DNA of 64,000 nt from Bacteroidales bacterium (GTDB lineage Bacteria > Bacteroidota > Bacteroidia > Bacteroidales > UBA3663), in assembly GCA_045600445.1 (NCBI GenBank), contig JAZRXZ010000182.1, positions 1,659-65,658 of the forward strand, given 5' to 3'. The notes beneath the pieces were generated by a model that saw only the letters and a list, made by a program, of their open reading frames with translations, made no database searches and was not told the DNA's origin. Every line of letters begins with the position of its first letter. Within the stretch, counting starts at the first letter, position 1. This document shows, piece by piece, positions 16,769 through 28,233 of the stretch. The translations under genes and the position numbers were made by a program.

Positions 16769-19456
16769 TTAAAGCAGTTTAACATCGATGCACTTCAAAT
16801 CCTTATCAGCTGAGCTGGTACCATAGAAGACCTCATACTGGCCAGGGATTGGACGCATGGTGTTAGTAGAAGCATCAAAGCTTTCGAAGCTGTCAATGTC
16901 GAGGAGGAACTCAACCTGCTTGGTCTCGCCTGGCTTGAGCGTGACGCGCTGATACTCACGCAGTGACTTGCGAGGACCCTGAGCATCGTCGGTGCGACGG
17001 ATATAGATCTGCACGACCTCGGTGCCTGCACGCTTACCAATATTAGAGACTGGTACAGTAAGGGTGATGCAAGGACGCTTCTTGCCGTCAGGATGGATGT
17101 CGAGGGTCATGAGCTGCGACTCGAGTTCGTTGCGGTCAAGCTGTGCCTGACCTACATTGAACTGGGTGTAGCTCAAGCCATAACCGAACTGGAAGAGAGG
17201 CTCCTCGGTCATGTAGCGATAGGTGCGGCCCTTCATCGAATAATCCTGGAAGTCAGGGAGCTGAGCGACGCTCTTGTAGAAGGTGATAGGGAGCTTGCCC
17301 GATGGATTGTAGTCGCCATAGAGCACATCTGCGATGGCCTGACCGCCACGCTCGCCAGCATACCAAGCCTGGAGGATTGCGTCGCACGACTCCAACTCAG
17401 GAACCATGGCCATGGCCGAGCCAGAGAAGTTGACGAATACAACCTTCTTGCCTGCCTCATGGAGCTTCTGGAGGAACTTACGCTGCACGGTAGGGAGCTC
17501 AATGTCGGTACGGTCGCCACCCTTGAAGCCAGGGAGGTTGATAGGCATCTCCTCACCCTCGAGGCGAGCCGAGATACCACCTGCGAAGACGACGGTCTCT
17601 ACGCCCTTGAGTTGAGCGATGAGCGCATCATAGTTGACGTCATTCTCACGACCGATATTGACCTTAAGATCTGCATTGTAAGTCAGGATCTGTGCATAGC
17701 GGATCTGGATCTTGTACTCCTCGCCTGCCTTGGCCTCGAAGACGGTGCGGGTGTCAGTGTCGCGCCAGGTGAACTCACGGGCGGTAGACTTGCCATTGAC
17801 GAAGACCTCGAAGTAAGAACAGCCCTCCACGTCGAGCAATACAGTACCGCTCTGCTTCGGGCGGAATACGGTCTCGTAAAGTCCAGAGAACTTCTTCAGG
17901 TTGATGCCAGGAGCGAAAGCGTAATTGCCGAAAGTGGTGACGTTGATCGGACGGTCATGATGACGCTTCGAAACAGGTGCTGGGAGGTTGTTGATGTCAG
18001 CAGCCTTGGCAGGATCGTACTGCTCGGTGCCACGGGTCCAGATATCCTCGTTCCAGAAGATGCCACGGAAACCGGTCTTACCGTCGATAGAGCACTGATC
18101 ATAGTATGATTCGAGCACCTTGTCATGTACGAGCTCACAACCCTTGAAAGTGACGACGCGGCCCTTATCGACCTTCTGCTGGATGCCTTCGAGGAGCGAG
18201 ACGGTCTGGTTAGGCGTGCCGTTGTAGTTGCCCCACATCAGTACCTCGTCCGCAGCGTTTGGACCAATGACGGCGACCTTACCCTTCTGGAGAGGGAGGA
18301 CGTTGCCACGGTTCTGCAGGAGGACGAGCGACTGGCGAGCCATCTCGAGCGAAGTGAGCTGGTGCTCCTTGCTGTTGAGCAGCTCAGGACCGAGTTTTGA
18401 CCAGCTGACGAGGCTTGGATCATCCATCTCTCCGAGCTCAAAGCGGCCTTCGAGGAGGCGGATAATCTTCTCATCGACAGACGATTCCTCAACCAAGCCG
18501 AGGCGAACAGCCTCTGGCAGACGAGCGTAGCCGTAGTCATAGCCACACTCTACGTCAGTACCGGCCAGGACGCCCTTGGCAGCCGCGTGCTGAGGAGTAG
18601 AAGAGGTCTTGTGGGTGGTCCAAAAGTCAGTGACAGCACCGCAATCCGAGACGACCATGTACTTAAAGCCCCACTGCTCGCGCAGGATCTTCTGGAGAAG
18701 TCGAGTGTTCGAGCAGCATGGCTCATCGTCCCAGCGCTGGTAAGCGCACATCACCTCACGGACATCGCCCTTCTGCACACAGGCCTTGAAGGCTGGCATA
18801 TAGGTCTCCCAGAGGTCACGAGGCGACACATTATTTATATTATCGACGTGACGCCCCCATTCAGGACCGCTGTGAATAGCATAATGCTTGGCGCAGGCAT
18901 AGAGCTTGCGATACTTGGTGTCAGATGGACCCTGGAGGCCCTTGACAACCTGCACACCGAGGCGTGAGGTGAGGTATGGATCCTCTCCGTATGTCTCCTG
19001 ACCACGGCCCCAGCGTGGATCGCGAAAAATGTTGACGTTAGGTGTCCAGACAGAAAGCGAGTGGAAACGAGTGTCCTCGTTGCCGTCAGCAATCCACTTG
19101 TTATAAGCAGCACGTCCTTCATCACTGGTCTGCGAGAATACCTCATAAACCAGATCGTCATTAAACGAAGCCGCCATGCCGATAGGCTCTGGATAGACGG
19201 TGACATTGCCCATGTTAGCCATGCCGTGCAGGGCCTCGCTCCACCAGTTGAACTTCTTGATACCCAGGCGTGGAACAGCCTCGGAGATATCGAGCATGAT
19301 GACAGACTTCTCCTCAATAGTCAAACGGCCACAAAGATCAATGGCACGCTCACGTGGAGAAAGATCAGGGTTCTGATAAGGGAGAAGCTCCTGAGCAGTT
19401 ACGAAAGACATTGCACTCCATGTCAGGAGTGCAATGCCAATAAATGTTTTCTTCAT
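16769..19456 (-). CDS. xyl3A: GH3 beta-xylosidase with PA14 insertion (Xyl3A-like)
   Basis: WWSEALHG, RDPRWGRGQETYGEDP, KHY, VSDC nucleophile, EGEEM acid/base region and FnIII C-terminus. It lies directly downstream of GH10-CE1, as in P. ruminicola. Confidence 0.9.
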   Translation of the reverse strand: MKKTFIGIALLTWSAMSFVTAQELLPYQNPDLSPRERAIDLCGRLTIEEKSVIMLDISEAVPRLGIKKFNWWSEALHGMANMGNVTVYPEPIGMAASFNDDLVYEVFSQTSDEGRAAYNKWIADGNEDTRFHSLSVWTPNVNIFRDPRWGRGQETYGEDPYLTSRLGVQVVKGLQGPSDTKYRKLYACAKHYAIHSGPEWGRHVDNINNVSPRDLWETYMPAFKACVQKGDVREVMCAYQRWDDEPCCSNTRLLQKILREQWGFKYMVVSDCGAVTDFWTTHKTSSTPQHAAAKGVLAGTDVECGYDYGYARLPEAVRLGLVEESSVDEKIIRLLEGRFELGEMDDPSLVSWSKLGPELLNSKEHQLTSLEMARQSLVLLQNRGNVLPLQKGKVAVIGPNAADEVLMWGNYNGTPNQTVSLLEGIQQKVDKGRVVTFKGCELVHDKVLESYYDQCSIDGKTGFRGIFWNEDIWTRGTEQYDPAKAADINNLPAPVSKRHHDRPINVTTFGNYAFAPGINLKKFSGLYETVFRPKQSGTVLLDVEGCSYFEVFVNGKSTAREFTWRDTDTRTVFEAKAGEEYKIQIRYAQILTYNADLKVNIGRENDVNYDALIAQLKGVETVVFAGGISARLEGEEMPINLPGFKGGDRTDIELPTVQRKFLQKLHEAGKKVVFVNFSGSAMAMVPELESCDAILQAWYAGERGGQAIADVLYGDYNPSGKLPITFYKSVAQLPDFQDYSMKGRTYRYMTEEPLFQFGYGLSYTQFNVGQAQLDRNELESQLMTLDIHPDGKKRPCITLTVPVSNIGKRAGTEVVQIYIRRTDDAQGPRKSLREYQRVTLKPGETKQVEFLLDIDSFESFDASTNTMRPIPGQYEVFYGTSSADKDLKCIDVKLL

Positions 19457-19472
19457 TTTTATGATTTAGAAA

Positions 19473-21725
<2,253 letters not shown>

Positions 21726-21739
21726 TCAGTATGGTTGGG

Positions 21740-21747
21740 CAAAGATA
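21740..21747 (-). promoter_or_regulatory. -7 promoter element for the GH10-CE1/GH3 operon
   Basis: caaagata on the plus strand reads TAtcTTTG on the minus strand. Confidence 0.55.
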
Positions 21748-21884
21748 ATAATTTTAAAAGGTATAAACAATAAAAATATGTGAAAGAATGCAAAAGATAT
21801 AGCAAAAAAGAGTTGAATGTAACATGAGTGATGAAAATTAAGAAGAATTTCAATATATTCAGTCCTCATATCATATATTTTATG

Positions 21885-21892
21885 TATCTTTG
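21885..21892 (+). promoter_or_regulatory. -7 promoter element for the GH5 gene
   Basis: TAtcTTTG upstream of the ATG at 21919. Confidence 0.55.
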
Positions 21893-21918
21893 TACCCAGA
21901 TAAATAATTCAATGTTTT

Positions 21919-23877
21919 ATGAATCTAAAAAAATTCACACTCATTTCTTTATCCTGTATGCTCTTAGCATCCTGTGATGAAGAGAAAAAACCTTGGGAGA
22001 CACAGGATCCTTACGTAGATCCTACTCCATCGCAAAAGCCGGATCCAAAACCAGATCCGGTAGACCCGACACCAACAGTTCAAGCAAAGCTCGATCCTTT
22101 GCATGTCGATGGCCGCTGGCTTTGTAACTCTGCAGGAGAACACATTAACCTACATGGATTCTGGCAGACCTACAGTCCTTGGTTCAACGGAGATGCATGG
22201 GGCGTACACAACTGGGGAGACTATAACGTCGATGATTGCCTACGCTACAACAAGAAAGAGATTGACAACATTCTTGCTGCTGGCTGGAAAGTAGACTTTA
22301 TGCGCCTGCACATGGATCCCTATTGGAGCGTCTCACGGTCTCGGCCTTGGCCAACAACTCGCGAAGAATACGAAGATTTTGACGAATCTCTTTTTAAGGA
22401 ATATTTGGATAAGGTCTTTGTTCCTATGGTCGAATACTGCATATCCAAAGGGCTCTATGTCGTACTGATGCCAGGATACTCTGCTCCTGAATTCTTGGAA
22501 TACGATGACCAATTTTTCAAAGTACTTGAGAAACTTTGGACAAATATCAGCAAGCATCCTAAGTTAGGCAACAATACAGATGTCATGTTCGAGATTGTCA
22601 ATGAGCCGCGTTCAATTAAGGCGAATGGAGTAATTGGCAATAACGATGACGCACATAACAAAGAGCTTACCCGATATATGCAGCATTTTGTAGATTTGAT
22701 TCGCAAGAATGCCAGCAATATTATCTGGGTGCCTGGTACAGGCTATCAAAGTCAGTATGCTGGCTATGCAAAACACAAGATGCAAGGCAAAGACCTTGGG
22801 TTTGCCGTACATTGCTATCCTGGCTGGTATGGCAGTGATGCAGAACAAGAGAGTGCAGAGCTAGGAGGATCAATGGGAGGCGGCTACGATGCATTCCAGG
22901 CAGGCTGGAACAATCAGATTCTTCCTGCTGCAGAAATCGCTCCAATTATGATCACTGAGATGGACTGGGCTCCTAAGATTTATAATAAGTCTTGGGGCAA
23001 AAGCTTTACAGGTGAAGCTGGTGGCAGTGGATTCGGTGCAAACTTCAAATATTTGGCTGACAAGACCGAGAATGTATCATATATTCTTTTTACAGCGCCT
23101 AATGACCTCGCTGATTATGGCACAAAAAGTGTTGCAGGTGGCACTAATTACTGGAATGACTGGAGAGGATGCCCATGGCAGATCTATCACTGGTATCAAG
23201 AGTACGCAGAAGGGCGCATCCAGCCGACGAGTGCTGAGAGTATCAAAATCGGAGGTTCTGATGGAGGTCTTAAACTGACTGCTGGTACTGAACGGAACCT
23301 CATCGTAAATGCCGTTCAGACGGGCAATGTGATTTACCCACTTTACTCTGGTGTAGAAGCTCAAACGACAGATCCTACCATTGCTCGTATTGATGGAGAG
23401 AAAATCGTTGCAGTAGCAGAAGGTGAAACGACAGTAACTGCCAAAGCTTTAGGTAAAGAAGTCTCTTGCAAAGTGATTGTCAATAGTCTCTTTCCTCTAG
23501 ATGCTGCATCATTTGACGTTAATATCTGGGAGAAGGGCACCTACAATGAGGAAACAAAAACATTCACTACTGGACAATATGGTTTTGCAGGTTGGCATTA
23601 TAGCGGTCTTGATATCTCTGGTCACAAATACATTGTGGTAAGACTCGGTGATGGTACAGATTTCTCATGCCAACCATCATTCAGGCTCTTTGACAAAGGC
23701 TATTGGGATGGTGCTGCCGAATACAATTTTAATAACCAGAAAGAATTACGCGTAGAAATTGCAAAGATCAAACGTGCAGATGGAGGATCATTCAATACAA
23801 AAAATGTAAACATCATCGGATTCTGGACACTTGGTTTCAAACCCATTTCTATCGATTATATCGGATTTGAAGATTAA
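21919..23877 (+). CDS. GH5 lipoprotein (probable xylan-active, GH5_21-like) with Ig-like (Big_2) and C-terminal beta domains
   Basis: Lipobox LASC, Pro/Asp linker, RLHMDPYW, FEIVNEP (acid/base), HCYPGWYG, ITEMDW (nucleophile) and an Ig-like AVAEGETTVT segment. Confidence 0.82.
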   Translation: MNLKKFTLISLSCMLLASCDEEKKPWETQDPYVDPTPSQKPDPKPDPVDPTPTVQAKLDPLHVDGRWLCNSAGEHINLHGFWQTYSPWFNGDAWGVHNWGDYNVDDCLRYNKKEIDNILAAGWKVDFMRLHMDPYWSVSRSRPWPTTREEYEDFDESLFKEYLDKVFVPMVEYCISKGLYVVLMPGYSAPEFLEYDDQFFKVLEKLWTNISKHPKLGNNTDVMFEIVNEPRSIKANGVIGNNDDAHNKELTRYMQHFVDLIRKNASNIIWVPGTGYQSQYAGYAKHKMQGKDLGFAVHCYPGWYGSDAEQESAELGGSMGGGYDAFQAGWNNQILPAAEIAPIMITEMDWAPKIYNKSWGKSFTGEAGGSGFGANFKYLADKTENVSYILFTAPNDLADYGTKSVAGGTNYWNDWRGCPWQIYHWYQEYAEGRIQPTSAESIKIGGSDGGLKLTAGTERNLIVNAVQTGNVIYPLYSGVEAQTTDPTIARIDGEKIVAVAEGETTVTAKALGKEVSCKVIVNSLFPLDAASFDVNIWEKGTYNEETKTFTTGQYGFAGWHYSGLDISGHKYIVVRLGDGTDFSCQPSFRLFDKGYWDGAAEYNFNNQKELRVEIAKIKRADGGSFNTKNVNIIGFWTLGFKPISIDYIGFED

Positions 23878-23931
23878 TCTTTTATATTAAATATAGGTAT
23901 CGCTAGTCACGCGTCATTACCTATTATAACA

Positions 23932-23969
23932 AAAAGTATCCGCAGTGTTTTGCCACTGCGGATACTTTT
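23932..23969. terminator. Bidirectional rho-independent terminator
   Basis: aaaagtatccgcagtg-loop-cactgcggatactttt between convergent genes. Confidence 0.8.
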
Positions 23970-23987
23970 ATGTTGTGTATTGAAGTA

Positions 23988-26900
23988 TTACTTCTTGAGA
24001 CCCTCTGCCCAGCCGCCGTAAGCAGGCTTGCGAGAGTAATCCTGATACCAGAGACCTACAGGCTCGCCACCACGCCAACCGCTTGACTCTGGAGAGTCAG
24101 TGAGGCACCACTGGCAGATACCATACTGCTGCTTAGGTGGAACGATACGGAAGTACTCCGCGATAATCCACTGATAGTAGTCAGCCATAGCCTTTTCTAT
24201 CTCGAAGCCATCTGGACGCTTAGCGAGCTCGGCTGAAGTGATAGCTGTACCGAACTGCTTCTCTGCTACGCCCATGTCGAGCTCTGAGATACGAACGAGC
24301 TTACCAGTCTTAGCCATATCCTCAAACATCTTTGTGATATGCTTCTTCTGATTATCCTGGCTGGTTGAATCGAGGTAGTAGCTGATATGCATCTGAGTAC
24401 CGATACCATCGATCTTAGCGCCACCCTTCTCCCAGACTCCGATCCAGTAGATGAGAGATGCGAGCTTCTTGTTATCATCCCAAGTAGACTCGAGGTTGTA
24501 GTCATTAACGAAGAGCTTGAGGTCAGCTGGGTTAGCACCTTCCTGCTGAGCATAAGCATTACGAGCAATGCTATCAACGATTACGCCATAGTTCTCAGAG
24601 CCGAAGTAATCCTGCCAGTAGAAGGCGTCGCCGCCGACATCCCAAGTACCTGACTGGTAGCCATCGTAGTGCTGGAGATCATAGTGGCCATTGACGTTAC
24701 CGCCACCTGAGACAGCCTCGTTGATGAGATCCCAAGACTTAACCTTGCCTTCGGTAGCTTCCATCATACCGTAGATCCACTGCTTCATAGCGTAGATTAA
24801 GGTATCACGCTTCTCCTCAGCGGTCAATGGGATGGTGCTCTTAATCTCATGCTCCTCTTCCTTCCATACGCGGATGTTATCGAAGTAGTAGGTAACCTGC
24901 TGATCACGATCCTTAGAAAGGTTGAATGCGATAGACTTGAGGCCACCCTTAGAAGCCATTGAGCCATCGACCGTCAATACCTGAGTATAGGTCTGCCACT
25001 CAGTAGAGAAGTTTGGAGAACCGATACATGCCCAGTGAGCATAGTCACCTGGCTCACCGTGAGCCTGAGTATCACCAGTAGCAGGAGCAGAAGCCTTATA
25101 ATCGAACTGCACATTGACAGTTTCGCCTTCCTCAAGAGGCTGATTGAGCTTGATCCAGAACTGAGTATCCCAGTCCTCTGCAGCGCCAGCGTTGCTGGTA
25201 ACCTTCACACCACGTGAACCGCCGACACCGACGCCATCAGTGATTACAGTCTCGTTGCCTCCATTATTCTCCTTGCGGACGAAATTAGCAGCATCGGTAC
25301 CCTCCATATCAGAGTTATTGACATAGTCTACAACGACAACCTCTACCTTTGGAACCTCAACCATCTGGCAAGACTCCCAAGTAATATCTGCGAACTCGTA
25401 GACGATCGATGTGCCAGGATCAGACTCCTTATTCTTGTTGAGGTTGAATGCGATAGACTGCTGAGCGCCACCACCCTCAGAAGGGATGGTTCCTTCCCAG
25501 GTACCCTCCTGCCAATCGGTAGTGAAGGTTGGGTTTGGACTGAGCATCTGATAGTGTTTGTAGTCGCCAGGAGCAGCGTGTACCTGAGAGTCGGTACCGA
25601 TACCCTTAGAAGCCTTGTACCACATGTGGAACTTATACTTCTCGCCAGCCTCCCACTTCTTGTTAGGAGTATATACAAAGAACTGGGTATCCCACTCCTC
25701 TGCAGGATTAGTCTTACCTACGATCTTGATGCTGTTCAATCCGTTAGGGCCACCACCGACAACGATGTCAGCAGGAGCATCTGACTTAACCTGATCACGA
25801 GCAATGAAACTCTCCATTGGCTGTCCCTCCTTCATCTCTGAGTTGGTGATCTGGTTGGTCCAGACCTCCTTGTACTCAGGAGCGTCACCACCAGTAGTCT
25901 TGGTGATGTGCTGAACGATCTTCAATGACTTGACGTCAAGAACACCGTCAAACATCTCTGGCTTGAGGATGAAGTCGTAGTTCTCTGAAGGCTCACAGGT
26001 GATGCCGTTGAACTTAACCTCTACCTCCTCGAAGTCATCGCCACCGGTGAGGTTGACATCTCCGTTGAGAAGCTGCTGGTTGCTCCAACCATTCTGAGCA
26101 GTAAGGGTAATCTTGCCCTCCTTGCTTGACTTGATGGTAAGGATAGCAGAGAAGTCACCTGGCTCCAACTTGATAGCGTTGGTGATAAAGAACTGAGACC
26201 AATCACCAGATGGAACGAAGTGGAGAGCGCCACCGATTACAGGAGGCTCACAACCCATTGCATAGAATGGGAATCCGCCATCGGTATACTTGACAGTAGT
26301 AATATCCTTATCCTCGGTAACAGTTGTAGAACCAGCTACCTCCTTGAGTTCACAGATAGTGAGTGACTTTACGTCAAGAACGCCGTCAAACATCTCTGGC
26401 TTGAGGATAAAGTCATAATTCTCTGAAGGCTCACAGGTGATGCCGTTGAAAGCAACGGCGATCTCATTCCAACCCTCCTCAAGGTTTACATCGCCATTGA
26501 GGAGCTGCTGATCGCTCCAGCCATTCTGAGCGGTAAGGGTAACCTTGCCAGCCTTATCAGACTTAATCTCAAGGATTGCAACATAGTTACCTGGCTTAAG
26601 ACCAATAGCATTGGTGATGAAGAACTGTGACCACTCACCAGATGGAACGAAGTGGAGAGCACCATCAATTACTGGTGGCTCGCAACCCATTGGATAGAAT
26701 GGGAAACCGCCATCGGTATAGGTGACCTTCTTAACCTCCTCCTGCTTGATCTCAGTAGGACCAGAAGGATCAACTGGCTTTGGCTTATCAGCGATGAGCT
26801 TGCTGAGCCACTTGACTGGCTGCTGTGAGTGCCATGCCAAGGTGTGACCATAGACGGTAAGTCCACCAGCCTCTGCTGCTGACACGAAGTCAGAGACAGT

Positions 26901-27227
26901 ACCAAAATTGAACTCACCCTTATCGCTAACCACTGAAGACATCTTCATGGCGTTGCCAGCAACAACCTCGTCGAAGTTTGCACGAGCGAGGGTGTAGACA
27001 TTACCCTTATTATTGAACTCAGAAGCGGTAAGCGCACCACTCACCTTGAAGTTAGGATGTGCTGTACGATCTACGTAGTTCTTGAGAGGCTCGTAGTCGT
27101 TCAAATATTCGTAATCAGCGCTGTTGCCTGGCTTGTTTACAACGTAGCCGTTGGTGTCGAAGTCATCGACACAGGAAGTGAGCATTGCTGCTCCTGCCAT
27201 GGCAACCAACCATTTTGTATATTTCAT
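23988..27227 (-). CDS. Surface GH10 endo-xylanase with the catalytic domain interrupted by inserted modules (Xyn10C/Xyn10A-type)
   Basis: Lipobox LTSC. N-half GNAMK..GHTLAWHSQQP; C-half WDLINE, VNDYN, GTQMH and ISELD. An insert of about 650 aa holds two WDTQF CBM4-like modules and two other repeats. Confidence 0.9.
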   Translation of the reverse strand: MKYTKWLVAMAGAAMLTSCVDDFDTNGYVVNKPGNSADYEYLNDYEPLKNYVDRTAHPNFKVSGALTASEFNNKGNVYTLARANFDEVVAGNAMKMSSVVSDKGEFNFGTVSDFVSAAEAGGLTVYGHTLAWHSQQPVKWLSKLIADKPKPVDPSGPTEIKQEEVKKVTYTDGGFPFYPMGCEPPVIDGALHFVPSGEWSQFFITNAIGLKPGNYVAILEIKSDKAGKVTLTAQNGWSDQQLLNGDVNLEEGWNEIAVAFNGITCEPSENYDFILKPEMFDGVLDVKSLTICELKEVAGSTTVTEDKDITTVKYTDGGFPFYAMGCEPPVIGGALHFVPSGDWSQFFITNAIKLEPGDFSAILTIKSSKEGKITLTAQNGWSNQQLLNGDVNLTGGDDFEEVEVKFNGITCEPSENYDFILKPEMFDGVLDVKSLKIVQHITKTTGGDAPEYKEVWTNQITNSEMKEGQPMESFIARDQVKSDAPADIVVGGGPNGLNSIKIVGKTNPAEEWDTQFFVYTPNKKWEAGEKYKFHMWYKASKGIGTDSQVHAAPGDYKHYQMLSPNPTFTTDWQEGTWEGTIPSEGGGAQQSIAFNLNKNKESDPGTSIVYEFADITWESCQMVEVPKVEVVVVDYVNNSDMEGTDAANFVRKENNGGNETVITDGVGVGGSRGVKVTSNAGAAEDWDTQFWIKLNQPLEEGETVNVQFDYKASAPATGDTQAHGEPGDYAHWACIGSPNFSTEWQTYTQVLTVDGSMASKGGLKSIAFNLSKDRDQQVTYYFDNIRVWKEEEHEIKSTIPLTAEEKRDTLIYAMKQWIYGMMEATEGKVKSWDLINEAVSGGGNVNGHYDLQHYDGYQSGTWDVGGDAFYWQDYFGSENYGVIVDSIARNAYAQQEGANPADLKLFVNDYNLESTWDDNKKLASLIYWIGVWEKGGAKIDGIGTQMHISYYLDSTSQDNQKKHITKMFEDMAKTGKLVRISELDMGVAEKQFGTAITSAELAKRPDGFEIEKAMADYYQWIIAEYFRIVPPKQQYGICQWCLTDSPESSGWRGGEPVGLWYQDYSRKPAYGGWAEGLKK

Positions 27228-27246
27228 AATACTATCAGATTATTTA

Positions 27247-28206
27247 TTATTTGTACTCGACAGCGAACTCTACAACGGTGTTGTATGGATCGCCCTCAGT
27301 GGTGCGAACCTGAGCAACGAGAGTCTCGTCATAGCTCTTGCCATCAACTGTGTACTTGAGGTAGAGGGCATCACGGTCCTTGTTACCCCATGCCTTGATC
27401 TCACTCTTCTGCTTGAACTCTCCATTGCCGCTGACGCCAGCGCCAGTAACAGTACAGTTATCACCGCTGAACTGGAGGGTGACAGTCTTACCATCAACAT
27501 TGGTATAGGTGCACTCGTTAAGGCCGGTGGTCTTAACTGTTACACGCTTGGTGGTCTTGTCAATCTCCTTGCCAGCCTCCTTAACGAGGTAAGTACCATG
27601 CCACTTGTTGACATAGCGTACACACCAGAGAGCATAGTCCATTGGAGCGGTATCCCACTTCTTGCTGTCAACACGAGAAGGATTAGTACCATCAACCAAT
27701 GGAGTACCAGAGAGGATACGATCAGCACCCGACTGGCCGGTGATCACTACAGGAATGACGTAGGTAGTAGTGATAGATGCTGGATCAGCAAAGAAAGCAT
27801 CTGTGAGCTGAACCTCGGTCTGACCCATCAGTGAGTTAGCGAAAGAATTGTCATAAGTCAATGTAGTAGAAGCAAGGCTATAGTAGCTGCTTGGCATTGG
27901 CTTGACAGGAGCGCCATTAGCGAAATAGAGATTCTCACAAAGTGACTCATCGACCTTGATCTGCACCTGGATGTTCTTGCCATTGTAGGCACCACCCATA
28001 GCGCTCACGATCTTGAACTTGTGAGCATTGTCAAGATCCGTATTGATCTCGTTGTCCTCACCCAGCTCGATGGTACGGACAGGATACTGATATGCGAAGT
28101 ATACTGATGTGCCACCCTCATAGTCAGGGAAAGTCTTATCTGCGTTCTCACAGGCAGTGAAAGCAACTGCACTCAGAGCGAGAACTGGAAGAATATATTT
28201 TTTCAT
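27247..28206 (-). CDS. SusE-positioned surface lipoprotein (DUF1735/DUF5627-like)
   Basis: Lipobox FTAC; VYFAYQYPVRT, MPSSYY and LTDAFFADP motifs; downstream of susD. Confidence 0.75.
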   Translation of the reverse strand: MKKYILPVLALSAVAFTACENADKTFPDYEGGTSVYFAYQYPVRTIELGEDNEINTDLDNAHKFKIVSAMGGAYNGKNIQVQIKVDESLCENLYFANGAPVKPMPSSYYSLASTTLTYDNSFANSLMGQTEVQLTDAFFADPASITTTYVIPVVITGQSGADRILSGTPLVDGTNPSRVDSKKWDTAPMDYALWCVRYVNKWHGTYLVKEAGKEIDKTTKRVTVKTTGLNECTYTNVDGKTVTLQFSGDNCTVTGAGVSGNGEFKQKSEIKAWGNKDRDALYLKYTVDGKSYDETLVAQVRTTEGDPYNTVVEFAVEYK

Positions 28207-28233
28207 ACTATATTAATCTATTAACAGTAGAGA

